A stretch of 64,000 nt of DNA from an uncultured Actinomycetota bacterium (GTDB taxonomy: Bacteria > Actinomycetota > Actinomycetes > Mycobacteriales > Mycobacteriaceae): positions 81 to 64,080 of the forward strand of contig CAVXWQ010000030.1 in the NCBI GenBank assembly GCA_963765445.1, given 5' to 3'. The translations under genes were made by a program, and so were the position numbers. The notes under the pieces are model-generated. The model searched no databases, was not told the origin of the DNA, and saw nothing but the letters and a program-made list of their open reading frames with translations. Shown here one piece after another: positions 22,407-33,901 of this stretch (position 1 is its first letter; each line of letters begins with the position of its first letter).

Positions 22407-23267
22407 ACCTTTCCTCTCCAGGGGACGGCGCGACGCTCGACAGCGCGCAGTAGACCGTCGATCACCAGACCCGAGATACCGATCGCGAAGATGCCGACCA
22501 GCACCACGGGGGTGTTGTTGTAGTTGCTGGCGTCCTTGACCAGACCGCCGATACCGGGAATGCCGTTGAACAACTCGGCGGCGACCACCGAGGAGTAGGC
22601 CATGCCGACGGCCAGCCGGATGCCGGTGAAGGTTTCCGGCAGGGCCGAGGGGATGACGATGTCGCGGATGACGTCGCGCCGCGAGGCACCCAGCGCCCGC
22701 GCGGCCTCCACCAGACTGACCGGGACGGCCACCACGGCGGCGGTGGTGGCCACCGCGGCGGGCGGCAGCGCCGCCAGGGCCAGCAGTGTGATCTTGGGGG
22801 CCTCGTCGATGCCCAGCCAGATGACCAGCAGGAAGAAGTACGCCAGCGGGGGCAGCGCCCGCAGGAAGGTCAGCCACGGCTCGAGCACGCTGCGGACCCA
22901 TGGGATCGAACCCATGAGCAGGCCGAGCAGCAACACCGATGGCCACGCCGATGACCACGCCGACGACAACTCGCCGCAGCGTCATGTACAGGTGCTCCCA
23001 CAGCAGGTAGCCGGCGTAGCCGCGGACTCCGTCATGGGTGGTGGAGACGTCGATGAAGGCGCGCCACACCGTGCTCGGGTAGGGCACGAAGGTCTGGTTC
23101 CAGATCTCGCTGGCGGCCGCGAGCTGCCAGACGATGAAGAACACCAGCAGCGACAGCAGCGGGAGTCCGGCCTGCTTGGCCAGTCCCCGCCACCTGCTGG
23201 TGGACGGCGCCTCGGTGGCGGCGGGCCGGGGTGCCCCGTCCGGGACCACGTCAACGAAGACAGACAT
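22403..23267 (-). CDS. Taurine-type ABC permease (TauC-like; one frameshift near 22930)
   Basis: LRALPPLAY, WLGIDE, VEAARALGAS (EAA loop), VVAAELF. Confidence 0.85.
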
Positions 23268-23361
23268 CCGGACACTGTGACGGCCGCGTCAAGGGTTGGG
23301 AACGTCTGCGCTCAGCGCGAGTGAAAGTCGCCGACGAACAGGGAGATAAGCTGCGGAGCTT

Positions 23362-23833
23362 GTGACCGACTGGACCACCACCGCCGCGCGCCCCCACGAG
23401 TCGCGACTGCGCCTGGACACCTACCCCGTGGTCGACGTCGTGCAGGCCCGCTACGGCGACATGGACGCCAACGGCCACCTCAACAACCTCGCGCTGGAGT
23501 CGTTGCACGAGAACGCCCGGGCGACGATGAACCGCAGCCTGTTCCCCGACATCTACGACGTGGCCACCCGCCGGCTGCGGCTGGTCACCTCGCAGAACGC
23601 CGTCCACTTCCTGGCCGAGGCGCACTGGCCGGCGTTGATCCACACCGGCGCCGGGCGTCGGGCGGATCGGTCGCACCTCGTTCGTCGCCTCGACCGGACT
23701 GTTCATCGAAGGCAGCTGCATCGGCGTCTGCGACACCGTGCTGGTCCTGTTGGGTGACGACGGCCCGGTCCCGCTGTCCGACGACGCCCGCGCGGAGCTG
23801 CAGACCGTCGCGCTTGGCGCTAAAGGGCTTTGA
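23362..23833 (+). CDS. Hot-dog-fold acyl-CoA thioesterase (frameshift near 23655)
   Basis: RYGDMDANGHLNN motif; continues VGRIGRTSF... to TGA at 23833. Confidence 0.8.
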
Positions 23834-25261
23834 GCTCCTCGATGACCTCGCCCACCGACTTCTTGGCGTCACCGAACAGCATCGAGGTGTGCTCGCCGAA
23901 GAACAGCGGGTTCTCGATGCCGGCGTAGCCCGACGACATCGACCGCTTGAGCACGATCACCGAGCGGGACTGGTCGACGTTGAGGATCGGCATGCCGTAG
24001 ATCGGGCTGGACGAGTCGTTGCGCGCCGCCGGGTTGGTGACGTCGTTGGCGCCGATCACCAAAGTCACGTCGGTGCGCGAGAATTCGCCGTTGATGTCGT
24101 CCATTTCCTTCATCGCGTCGTACTCGACGTCGGCCTCGGCCAGCAGCACGTTCATGTGCCCGGGCATGCGGCCGGCCACCGGGTGGATGGCGTACTTGAC
24201 CTCCACACCCTTGCTCTCCAGGATCTCGGCCATCTCCTTGACGGTGTGCTGGGCCTGCGCGACGGCCAAGCCGTAGCCGGGCACCACGATCACCTGGTTG
24301 GCGTAGGCCATCTGGATGGCCGCGTCGGCGGCCGAGGTGGCCTTGACGGTGCCCTGCTCGGCACCGGCCGGCCCGCCGACGGTGTCCCCACCGCCGAACG
24401 AGCCGAACACGATCGCCGGAATGGAGCGGTTCATCGCGACGGCCATCAGGTTGGTCAGGATCGAACCCGACGCACCGACGATCATGCCCGCGACGATCAT
24501 GGCAGTGTTGTTGAGCGCCAAACCGGCTGCGGCAGCGGACAATCCGGTCAGGGCGTTGAGCAGCGAGATGACCACCGGCATGTCGGCGCCGCCGATCGGG
24601 AACACCACGAACAGGCCCATCACGCCGGCGAGCACCAGCACCAGCACGATCCACCAGACTCGCGCTGCCCTGCCCGGGGTGGGCGTTGAGGCCGATGTAC
24701 ACCGCGGCGGCGACCGCACCGATCAGCAGCACGATGTTGGCCGCCTGGAAGAACTTCGCGCCGGCCACCAATTTCTTCTCGACGTTCTTCGGGATCGATT
24801 CCTGAAGTTTGGCGAACGCGACCAGCGAACCCCAGAACGACACCGAGCCGATGATCGCCGCGAACAGCGACCCCACCACCAGCGCCACCGTGGGCGACTG
24901 GTCCGGCTTTGAACCGCGAGAAGCCATCGGTCTCAATGAATTCCGCCCACGCGATGAGCGCGACCGTGCCACCGCCGACGCCGTTGAACAGCGCGACCAG
25001 CTGCGGCATCGCGGTCATCTTGGTCTTCTTGGCCGGCGGCACACCCAGGACCACACCGATCACCAGGCCGGCGACGATCAGGATCCAGTTGATCGACGCG
25101 GTGTCGCGCACCTTGATCAGGGTGGCCACCACGGCGATACCCATGCCGGTGGCGGCGATCCAGTTTCCGCGCACCGCGGTCTTGGGCCCGGTCAGACCCG
25201 ACAGACCGAGGATGAACAGTCCGAAGGCGACGATGTAGAGGACGTTGACGAGATAGTTCAC
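23820..25261 (-). CDS. pntB: NAD(P) transhydrogenase beta subunit (two frameshifts)
   Basis: MTAMPQLVALFNGVGG, GGADMPVVISLLN, PGYGLAVAQAQ, HPVAGRMPGHMNVLLAEA, GANDVTNP. Confidence 0.93.
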
Positions 25262-25583
25262 TTCTTCGCCCCGGCCTTGTCCGCCTCAGGCTTGCTTGAC
25301 CCTTGAACATGCCCAGCATGCGGTCGGTCACCAGGAAGCCGCCGATCACGTTGAGCGTGCCGAACACCAGCGCCACGAACGCGATGATCCGCACACCCCA
25401 TCCGGCGTCGGCCGGCAGGTTGCCCAGCACCAGCAGCGCACCCAGCACGACGATGCCGTGGATGGCGTTGGTGCCCGACATCAGCGGCGTGTGCAGGGTG
25501 TTGGGCACCTTGGAGATGACGGCGAATCCGACGAACCCGGCCAGCACCAGGATCGCGAGGTTCGCCAGGAGCTGTTCGTACAT
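25258..25583 (-). CDS. pntAb: NAD(P) transhydrogenase alpha subunit part 2 (3' frameshift)
   Basis: VPNTLHTPLMSGTNAIHG, NVIGGFLVTDRML. Confidence 0.92.
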
Positions 25584-26677
25584 CACTCGGCCTTTTCTTC
25601 GCGCGTGACACACGAGGCCGCGAGGACCTCGTCGGAGAAGTCCGGCGCCAGCGCGCCGTCTTTGATCAGCAGTTCCAGCAGTGAGGTGAGGTTCTTCGAG
25701 TACAGCTCGCTGGCGTGCTCGGGCATGGTGGCGGGCAGGTTCAGCGGCGAGGTGATGGTCACGCCGTGCTTGACGACGGTCTGCCCCGGCTCGGTGAGCT
25801 CACAGTTGCCGCCGGTCTCGCCGGCCAGGTCGACCACCACGCTGCCGGGCTTCATGCCCTCCACCGCGGCGGCGGTCACCAGCCGCGGCGCGGGACGGCC
25901 CGGCACCAGGGCGGTGGTGATCACCACGTCGAAGCCGCCGATGGCCTGCTCGAGCTTCTTCTGCTGCTGGGCGCGCTCCTCCTCGGTCAGCTCCCGGGCG
26001 TAGCCGCCGGTGCCTGCCGCCTCGATACCCAGATCGAGCCACTGCGCGCCGACGGAGCGGACCTGGTCGGCCACCTCCGGGCGGACGTCGTAACCGGTGG
26101 TGCGCCCGCCCAGCCGTTTGGCGGTGGCCAGCGCCTGCAGGCCGGCCACGCCGACGCCGAGCACCAGCACACTGGCCGGCTTCACGGTGCCCGCCGCCGT
26201 GGTCAGCATCGGGAAGAACCGGGTGGACTCGCTGGCAGCCAGCACCACGGCCTTGTAGCCGGCCACGTTGGCTTGCGAGGACAGCGCGTCCATCACCTGG
26301 GCGCGGGAGATCCGCGGGATCGCCTCCACCGCGAAGGCCTGCACCCCGCGCTCCTTCAGCGCACCGATCTGGTTGTCGGCGTTACGCGGAGCCAAGAAGC
26401 CGATCAGCGTCTGACCGGAGCGCAACCGCGCCACCTCTTCGGCCGTCGGCGGTGCGACCTTGACCACCACGTCGGCCGCCCACGCGTCGCCGATCGTCGC
26501 CCCGGCCTCGGTGTAGAGCTCGTCGGGCAGCAGTGCGCGCTGCCCCGCGCCGGACTCCACCACCACCGAGACACCACTGTTGACCAGCGCCGACACCGCC
26601 TTGGGGACCAGCGCCACCCGGCGCTCGTCGGCACCGGATTCGGCGACGACGCCCACTGTCACTTGCGTATCAGTCAT
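25583..26677 (-). CDS. pntAa: NAD(P) transhydrogenase alpha subunit part 1
   Basis: Intact; ERRVALVP, PRISRAQVMDALSSQ, GVGVAGLQA, GGNC. Confidence 0.95.
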   Translation of the reverse strand: MTDTQVTVGVVAESGADERRVALVPKAVSALVNSGVSVVVESGAGQRALLPDELYTEAGATIGDAWAADVVVKVAPPTAEEVARLRSGQTLIGFLAPRNADNQIGALKERGVQAFAVEAIPRISRAQVMDALSSQANVAGYKAVVLAASESTRFFPMLTTAAGTVKPASVLVLGVGVAGLQALATAKRLGGRTTGYDVRPEVADQVRSVGAQWLDLGIEAAGTGGYARELTEEERAQQQKKLEQAIGGFDVVITTALVPGRPAPRLVTAAAVEGMKPGSVVVDLAGETGGNCELTEPGQTVVKHGVTITSPLNLPATMPEHASELYSKNLTSLLELLIKDGALAPDFSDEVLAASCVTREEKAE

Positions 26678-26793
26678 GAACCGTGCGTTCGCTTCCTAGC
26701 GTGGATTTCTCGGGGAAAGACCCCTGTGCACGTGACACCCTAACCGCTACCGCCAGTAACTCCCCAAGCCGGAAGCCGCCTCATCGATACAGT

Positions 26794-26809
26794 TCCCCCG
26801 ATCGGGGGA
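26794..26809. promoter_or_regulatory. Perfect palindrome TCCCCCGATCGGGGGA between the kinase stop and the pntAa promoter
   Basis: Exact 16-bp palindrome, nested within an outer AGCCGCCT/AGGCGGCT inverted repeat; operator or terminator. Confidence 0.45.
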
Positions 26810-26815
26810 GGCGGC

Positions 26816-28019
26816 TCAGGCGGGCTGCGGGGCCGGGCGGCGCACGGGCATGGTGACGACGGTCGTCGCACCTCCGCCGGGTGTTCGGGCGAATCGGACC
26901 GCGCCGCCCAGCTCCTCGATGCCGACCACCAGCGAGGCCAGCCCGATGTGCCCGTCGGCGACCTTGCGGTCCAGGACGGCGGGGTCGAACCCGATGCCGT
27001 TGTCCACGACGCGCAGCACCACGTCCTCGCCCGCGCGATGCAGATCGACTTGCACGCGGGTCGCGCGAGAGTGCTTGTGCGCGTTGGACAACAGCTCACG
27101 CGCGGCCCGGTACACCAGCGCCTGCCCCGCCGGTTTGCCCACCTCGTCGACGTCGCAGTCGAAGGTGACGTTCCAGCGCTGCCGATACTGGCCGACCAGT
27201 TCGCGCACCGCGGGACCCAGACCGACCTGGGCGAGCACCTGCGGATGCAGGGTCGTCACGGTGGTGCGCAGCAGGGCGACGGTGTCGCGCAGGGCGGCGT
27301 CCATCCGGTCGAACCCCTCGTCGGTGGGCCGCTCGCGCAGATCCTCCAGGTCCAGCCGTGGCCGCCAGCAGGTTCTGCAGCGGGCCGTCGTGCAGCTGCT
27401 CGGAGAGCTGGCGGTTGTTGCGCTCGTCGGCCTGCATGGATTCGGCGACCAGCCGCCTGCGCACGTCGAGCAGCGCCCGGACCCGCGCCCGCCGGCGCGA
27501 CAGCACGAAGCACAGCGCGGTGGTGGCCGCCGCGAGCCACAGCAGGCAGCCGACCTGGACGTAGACCACGTTGGGCAGACCCACGCTGTCGTCGCGCTTG
27601 GAGTAGACGATCCAGGCGAGCAGATACCCGCCGGCGGCGCTCAGTCCCAGCGCCGCGGTCAGTTCGGGGCGGTCCAGGAACGCCACCGTGATGGGCACCA
27701 TGAAGAAGATCGGCAGCAGCCACACCGTCGCCCCGCCGGAGGCCAGGCACAGCACCAGCACCGCGAGCACGTCCATCCCGGTCGAGGCCACGCCGAACCA
27801 CCAGCGGACCGGGTTGCGGACGACGATCACCAGCCACGCCACCGCGAAGGCGGCGTAGAGCAGCAGCACGGCGCCGTAGACACCGGGCAGCCAGTGCTCG
27901 ACGTCCTGGATGTAGACCAGCAGGGCGATCAGCACGATCAGCGGAAGCCGCAGGACCGCGGCGACCCGGACCGGCTCGGTGGTCAGGTAGTCGAGGGTGT
28001 GGTTGGTCGGCCGCGACAC
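26816..28019 (-). CDS. Membrane sensor histidine kinase, HisKA_3 type (frameshift near 27358)
   Basis: Multi-TM N terminus, EQLHDGPLQ phospho-His box, ELLSNAHKHS, DNGIGFD, GHIGL. Confidence 0.9.
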
Positions 28020-28026
28020 GTCTGAA

Positions 28027-28672
28027 CTACTCCAGCAGTCCCCGGCGCATGGCCTCGGCGACGGCGGCGGCCCGGTCGCTGACCCCCAGCTTCTCGTAGA
28101 GGCGCTGGACGTGGGTCTTCACCGTCGACGGCGCCAGGAACAGCGACTCGGCGATCGACGGAATGCTGCTGCCGTGGGCGATCATGCCGAGGACTTCCCG
28201 CTCCCGGGCACTCAGCGACGGCCCGGACGGCTCGGCGCGGCGCCGGATCTCGACGGCGAGTCCCGACGCGAGCCGGGGTGCCAGGACATCACGGCCCTTG
28301 GCGCAGTCCAGGACGGCGTTGACGATCTCCGATCGGGTGGAGTCCTTGGGCAGAAAGCCCGCGGCGCCCTGCTGCAGCGCGTGGTAGACGATCTCGGCCT
28401 CATCGTGGGCGGACACCAGCAGCACCCTGGTCGCCAGCTCGTCGCGCACCACCGCCGCGGCAACCTCGCCGCCGTCCATCCCGGGCATCTGGTAGTCCAG
28501 CAGCGCGACGTCGGGCGCGTGCTCCTTGATCAGCTGCCAGCGCCGACGGGCCGTCCTCGGCCTCGGCGACCACGTCGATCTCACCGCTGCCGGTCAGCGC
28601 CCTGATCAGGCCGTCGCGAAACAACGGATGGTCATCGCCGACGACGACGCGCACCTTGCGGTTCTCGGGCAT
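28027..28672 (-). CDS. NarL/LuxR-family response regulator (frameshifted near 28540)
   Basis: VVGDDHPLFR, LLDYQMPGMDG, GFLPKD, LSAREREVL...STVKTHVQRLYEKL. Confidence 0.9.
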
Positions 28673-28693
28673 GGCGTGAGCTTCGCACAGGCG

Positions 28694-28709
28694 TCCGCTG
28701 ATCGGGGGA
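28694..28709. promoter_or_regulatory. TCCGCTGATCGGGGGA, a two-mismatch copy of the 26794 palindrome; candidate response-regulator site
   Basis: Lies in the divergent region between the response regulator and the small ORFs. Confidence 0.4.
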
Positions 28710-28824
28710 CAAACACTTCATCCCCGCAACGGTCCGCTCGGCGGACAGACCCGAGGGCCGCTGCGCGCCATAGTCGAATCACGGCCGAGAACCTTCGGCC
28801 CGCAGACGCCACAGGAGAACAGAC

Positions 28825-29011
28825 ATGAACCACACATTCGCTCGCCGCTTCACCACCGCACTGTCGGGATCCACGATCGCGGTCGGCGTGCTCGCCGGCA
28901 CGCTCATCGTCGAGCACCCCCGCTGCGGCCGACACCATGGGCATCAGGCGATCCCGGCCTCCGGCACCGCCTCCGCTCCCCGCGCGACCGTTCATCCCCG
29001 TCACCATCTGA
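28825..29011 (+). CDS. Putative small secreted peptide precursor, about 61 aa (needs one indel correction near 28912)
   Basis: AGGAG RBS; MNHTFARRFTTALSGSTIAVGVLAGTLIV + STPAAA/DTMGIRRSRPPAPPPLPARPFIPVTI*. Confidence 0.45.
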
Positions 29012-29035
29012 TCCGACGCCGGAGGTCACACATCC

Positions 29036-29248
29036 ATGAATCGCAGCACCCGCACCCGCGTCCGCCTCGCAACGTTCCTCGCCGCACCCGTCGCGGTCGT
29101 GCGGAATCTTCACCGGGGCACTCCTGCTCGGCTCGAACCAGTCACACGAACCTCGCCGACTACGGCGCGAGCGACACCGCGCAGATCGGCATGGAGCACG
29201 CCCAGCGCCAGGGCGTCCAGCACCAGCACAACGGCGGGCAACGAGTAG
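29036..29248 (+). CDS. Putative small membrane/secreted protein, about 70 aa (reconstructed across frames)
   Basis: GGAGG RBS; MNRSTRTRVRLATFLAAPVAVV + GIFTGALLLG + high-GC3 segment NLADYGASDTAQIGMEHAQRQGVQHQHNGG. Confidence 0.4.
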   Translation: MNRSTRTRVRLATFLAAPVAVVRNLHRGTPARLEPVTRTSPTTARATPRRSAWSTPSARASSTSTTAGNE

Positions 29249-29311
29249 CCCGCCGACTCGACGCGCGGAGAGAGGAGATCCACCTGACATCGAACTGTCG
29301 CCTCCACATAG

Positions 29312-29352
29312 CGACGAGGCCCTCCCTTCGGTCATAAGGGAGGGCCTCGTCG
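29312..29352 (+). terminator. Strong intrinsic terminator-like hairpin
   Basis: Perfect 17-bp stem CGACGAGGCCCTCCCTT / AAGGGAGGGCCTCGTCG with 7-nt loop, followed by TTGTCT. Confidence 0.75.
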
Positions 29353-29382
29353 TTGTCTGGACGGGTGTCATATCGTGACGGC

Positions 29383-30613
29383 ATGGATTTCGCCATGTCC
29401 GCGAAGGCGGCTGACTACCACAAGCGGCTGACCGAGTTCATGGTCGAGCAGGTGTTTCCCGCCGAGAAGTCCTACGACGAGTACCGGGCGGCGGCCGGGC
29501 CGAACGACTTCACGGTGCCGCCGGTGGTCGAGGAACTCAAGAAGGTGGCCAAGTCGCGCGGCCTGTGGAACCTGTTCCTGCCGCCGGAGTCCGGGCTGAC
29601 CAACCTCGAGTACGCGCCGCTGGCCGAGCTGACCGGCTGGAGCACCGAGATCGCGCCCGAGGCGCTCAACTGCGCCGCCCCCGACACCGGCAACATGGAG
29701 ACCCTGCACCTGTTCGCCACCGAGGAGCAGCGCAAGCAGTGGCTGGAGCCGCTGCTGGCCGGCGAGATCCGCAGCGCGTTCTCGATGACCGAGCCCGCGG
29801 TGGCCTCCAGCGACGCCCGCAACATCCAGACCGCGATCACCCGCGACGGCGACGACTACATCATCAACGGCCGCAAGTGGTGGACCTCGGGCGCCAACGA
29901 CCCGCGCTGCAAGATCCTGATCGTGATGGGCCGCACCAACCCGGATGCGGCCTCCCATCAACAGCAGTCGATGATCCTGGTGCCCGTCGAAACACCAGGG
30001 GTCACCCTCGTGCGTTCAACGTCAGTCTTCGGCTGGCAGGACCAGCACGGGCACGCCGAGGTGATCTACGACAACGTCCGCGTGCCGGCGTCGAACCTGC
30101 TGGCCGAGGAGGGCATGGGGTTCGCGATCGCCCAGGCCCGGCTGGGCCCGGGCCGCATCCACCACTGCATGCGCGCGATCGGCGTGGCCGAGCGGGCGCT
30201 GGCGCTGATGGTCGAGCGCGCCCGCACCCGCATCGCGTTCGGCAAGCCGCTGGCCGAGCAGGGCATGGTCCAGCACGCGGTCGCGTTGTCGCGCAACGAG
30301 ATCGACCAGGCCCGGCTGCTGTGCGAGAAGGCCGCCTGGACCATCGACCAGCACGGCAACAAGGAGGCCCGCAACCTCGTCGCCCAGATCAAGGCCGTGG
30401 CACCGCAGATGTCCTGCAACGTCATCGACCGGGCCATCCAGGTGCACGGCGGCGGCGGGCGTCAGCGACGACTTCCCGCTGGCGCGGATGTACGGCTGGC
30501 AGCGCGCGATGCGCATCTTCGACGGACCCGACGAGGTCCACATCCGCAGCATCGCCCGGGCCGAAATCGGCCGGGAGCCAAGCGCTGTGGCCGCGGCGGT
30601 GACCCGAGGGTGA
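29383..30613 (+). CDS. fadE2: Acyl-CoA dehydrogenase FadE2 (frameshift near 30460)
   Basis: GLWNLFLP, NCAAPDTGNME, MTEPAVASSDA, RLGPGRIHHCMR; C-terminal RIFDGPDEVH in shifted frame. Confidence 0.9.
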
Positions 30614-31408
30614 GCGCACGATCAGCTGTCCGGCGCGTGGAACTTCCGCGACGTCGCCGAGAGCACGGGGCTGCGGCCCGGCCGGTTCTTCCGGTCCAGT
30701 GAGCTCAGCGGACTCGACGATTCCGGACGCGACGCCTTCCGGCGGCTGGGTATCACCGATGTCGCCGACCTGCGATCTCCCCAGGAGGTGGAGCGCCGCG
30801 GTCCCGGTGCGGTTCCCGACGAGTGTCGTCGTTCACCTGCTGCCCTTCCCGGATCTGTCCAACGCAGGCGCGGAAGCACCCCACGAGACCAGTTGGCAGA
30901 AGATGATGACCGAGAAGCCCGACGACGAGGACGTCGAAGCCGCGGCGGAACGGTTCATGACCGAGGAGTACCTGAAGTTTCCCACCCTCGGCTGGGGCGC
31001 AACGTGCTGTGCGCCAGGTGTTTTCGCTGCTTGGGTGCGGGACGGCCGGTCATCACTCACTGCTTCGCGGGCAAGGACCGCACGGGCTTCACCGTGGCGG
31101 TGGTACTCGAGGCGATCGGGGTGCCGCGCGACGCGGTGCTCACCGACTTCCTGCGCAGCAACGACGCCGTGCCGCAGTTGCGGGACCGCATCATGGAGTC
31201 GATCCGCAGCCGCACGGGCGAGACCCCCGAGGTGATGACCTTCGCCGAGGCACGGCTGACCGCAGGGGTCCTCGGGGTGCGCGAGGAGTACCTGATGACC
31301 GCGCGCCGCACCATCGACGAGAACTACGGCGGGCTCGACGGCTTCCTGCGGGTCGCCGGCGTCACGGCCGAGGACGTCGAGCGCGTCCGCGCCGAGCTAC
31401 TGGCTTAG
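30610..31408 (+). CDS. ptpB: Protein tyrosine phosphatase PtpB-like (several frameshifts)
   Basis: LSGAWNFRDVA, FFRSSEL, DLRS, catalytic HCFAGKDRTG; directly follows fadE2. Confidence 0.85.
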
Positions 31409-31882
31409 CACCAGCCCGACCACCCACGCCGCGGTCGCGAGCAGGCCGCCGGCCAGTTCGACACCGACCGACAGCGCGGCACCTTTGACCGCGTGCACCG
31501 TCGACGCCCAGGCGCGCCGCTGATCTCGGCGGTGGACGAGCTCGGCCAGATAGACGCCGAGGACGAAGCCGAGGACCAGACCGGCCACCGGTATCACGAA
31601 GAATCCGATCACTCCCAGCACCGCACCGGCGGTCAGGCTCCATCCGCCGACCTCGGCGGCACGCATCCGGCGCACCGGCCAGATGTACTTGACCAGCAGG
31701 CTGGCGCCGATGATCGCGGTGACGACGCCGAGCACCACCCAGGACACCACGGTGTGCTCGAGCACCGCCCACACCGCGATCGCGGCGTAGACCAACAGGG
31801 TCCCGGGCAGCAGCGGCACCAGGATGCCGACCAGACCGACAGCGATGGCCAGCGCCACCAGGAGAACGCCGCCGGTACTCAC
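31397..31882 (-). CDS. DUF456-family membrane protein
   Basis: GILVPLLPG, GFFVIPVAG...GVYLAE. Confidence 0.8.
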   Translation of the reverse strand: MSTGGVLLVALAIAVGLVGILVPLLPGTLLVYAAIAVWAVLEHTVVSWVVLGVVTAIIGASLLVKYIWPVRRMRAAEVGGWSLTAGAVLGVIGFFVIPVAGLVLGFVLGVYLAELVHRRDQRRAWASTVHAVKGAALSVGVELAGGLLATAAWVVGLVLSQ

Positions 31883-31925
31883 CCGGTCGAACCTACCCGG
31901 CTGTTCAGTCGAAATGCGTTGGCGC

Positions 31926-32791
31926 TCAACCAAGTGAGAAGTTCGCCGGCTTGGCCGCCGACAGGTCGTCGATCGTCGACCACTGCGCGGCCACGTCGTC
32001 GACGGTCGGCACGTGGTCGAAGGTCACGCCCTCGTTCTGGAACAGCGCGGCACGCTGGACCTTGCCGCCGCCGACGATGAACACCGATGCGGTGTCGGGC
32101 ACCTCTTCGGTGCACAGGTAGCTCACGACGGGAGCGACGTACTCCGGGGTGAGCTTCTTGAACACCTCGGGCGGCAGGATGTCCTCGGTCATGCGGGTGG
32201 CCGCGATCGGGGCCAGCGCATTGGCCTTGATGTTGTACTTGGCGCCTTCCTGGGCCAGCGTGTTGATCAGGCCGACCAGGCCGAGCTTGGCGGCGCTGTA
32301 GTTGGCCTGCCCGAAGTTGCCGAACAGCCCACTGGTGGAGGTGGCGACCACGATGCGGCCGTAGCTCTGCTCGCGGAAGTGCGGCCAGGCCGCGCGGATG
32401 ACGTTGTAGCCGCCGTAGAGGTGCACCTTGAGCACCGAGTCCCAGTTCTCGAACGGACATCTTGTGGAAGGTGCCGTCGCGCAGGATGCCCGCGTTGCTC
32501 ACCACGCCGTCGACCTTGCCGAACTCGTCGATCGCGGTCTTGATGATGTTGGCCGCGCCCTCGGCCTCGGCGACAGCTGTCGTAGTTGGCCACCGCGCGG
32601 CCGCCGGCCTCCTTGATCTCGGTGACCACCTGGTCGGCCATCGAATGGCCGGCGCCGGTGCCGTCACGGGAGCCGCCGAGGTCGTTGACCACCACGCTGG
32701 CGCCCTCACGGGCCAGAGTCAGGGCGTACTCGCGACCCAGACCACCTCCGGCACCGGTGACGACGATGACACGATCCGCAACTCCGGGCAT
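31926..32791 (-). CDS. Short-chain dehydrogenase (Rv0148-like, MFE-2 type; two frameshifts)
   Basis: [27 protein letters not shown]. Confidence 0.88.
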
Positions 32792-32880
32792 GAGCTTCCT
32801 TTCTCCGGCCTTGGATGGGCGGGGTCAGGCGACGCCACCCGGCGCAGGCAATCGTAGCCAACCAGCCGGTTGGGCAGTCA

Positions 32881-33901
<1,021 letters not shown>

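Noticed and set aside
21372-23267. 631-aa permease-binding protein fusion
   Set aside because: The middle is off-frame permease sequence; the binding protein has its own RBS, ATG and lipobox at 22406
28825-29337. 170-aa ORF as a single protein
   Set aside because: It crosses an internal RBS/ATG and runs into the terminator stem; better explained as two small frameshifted ORFs
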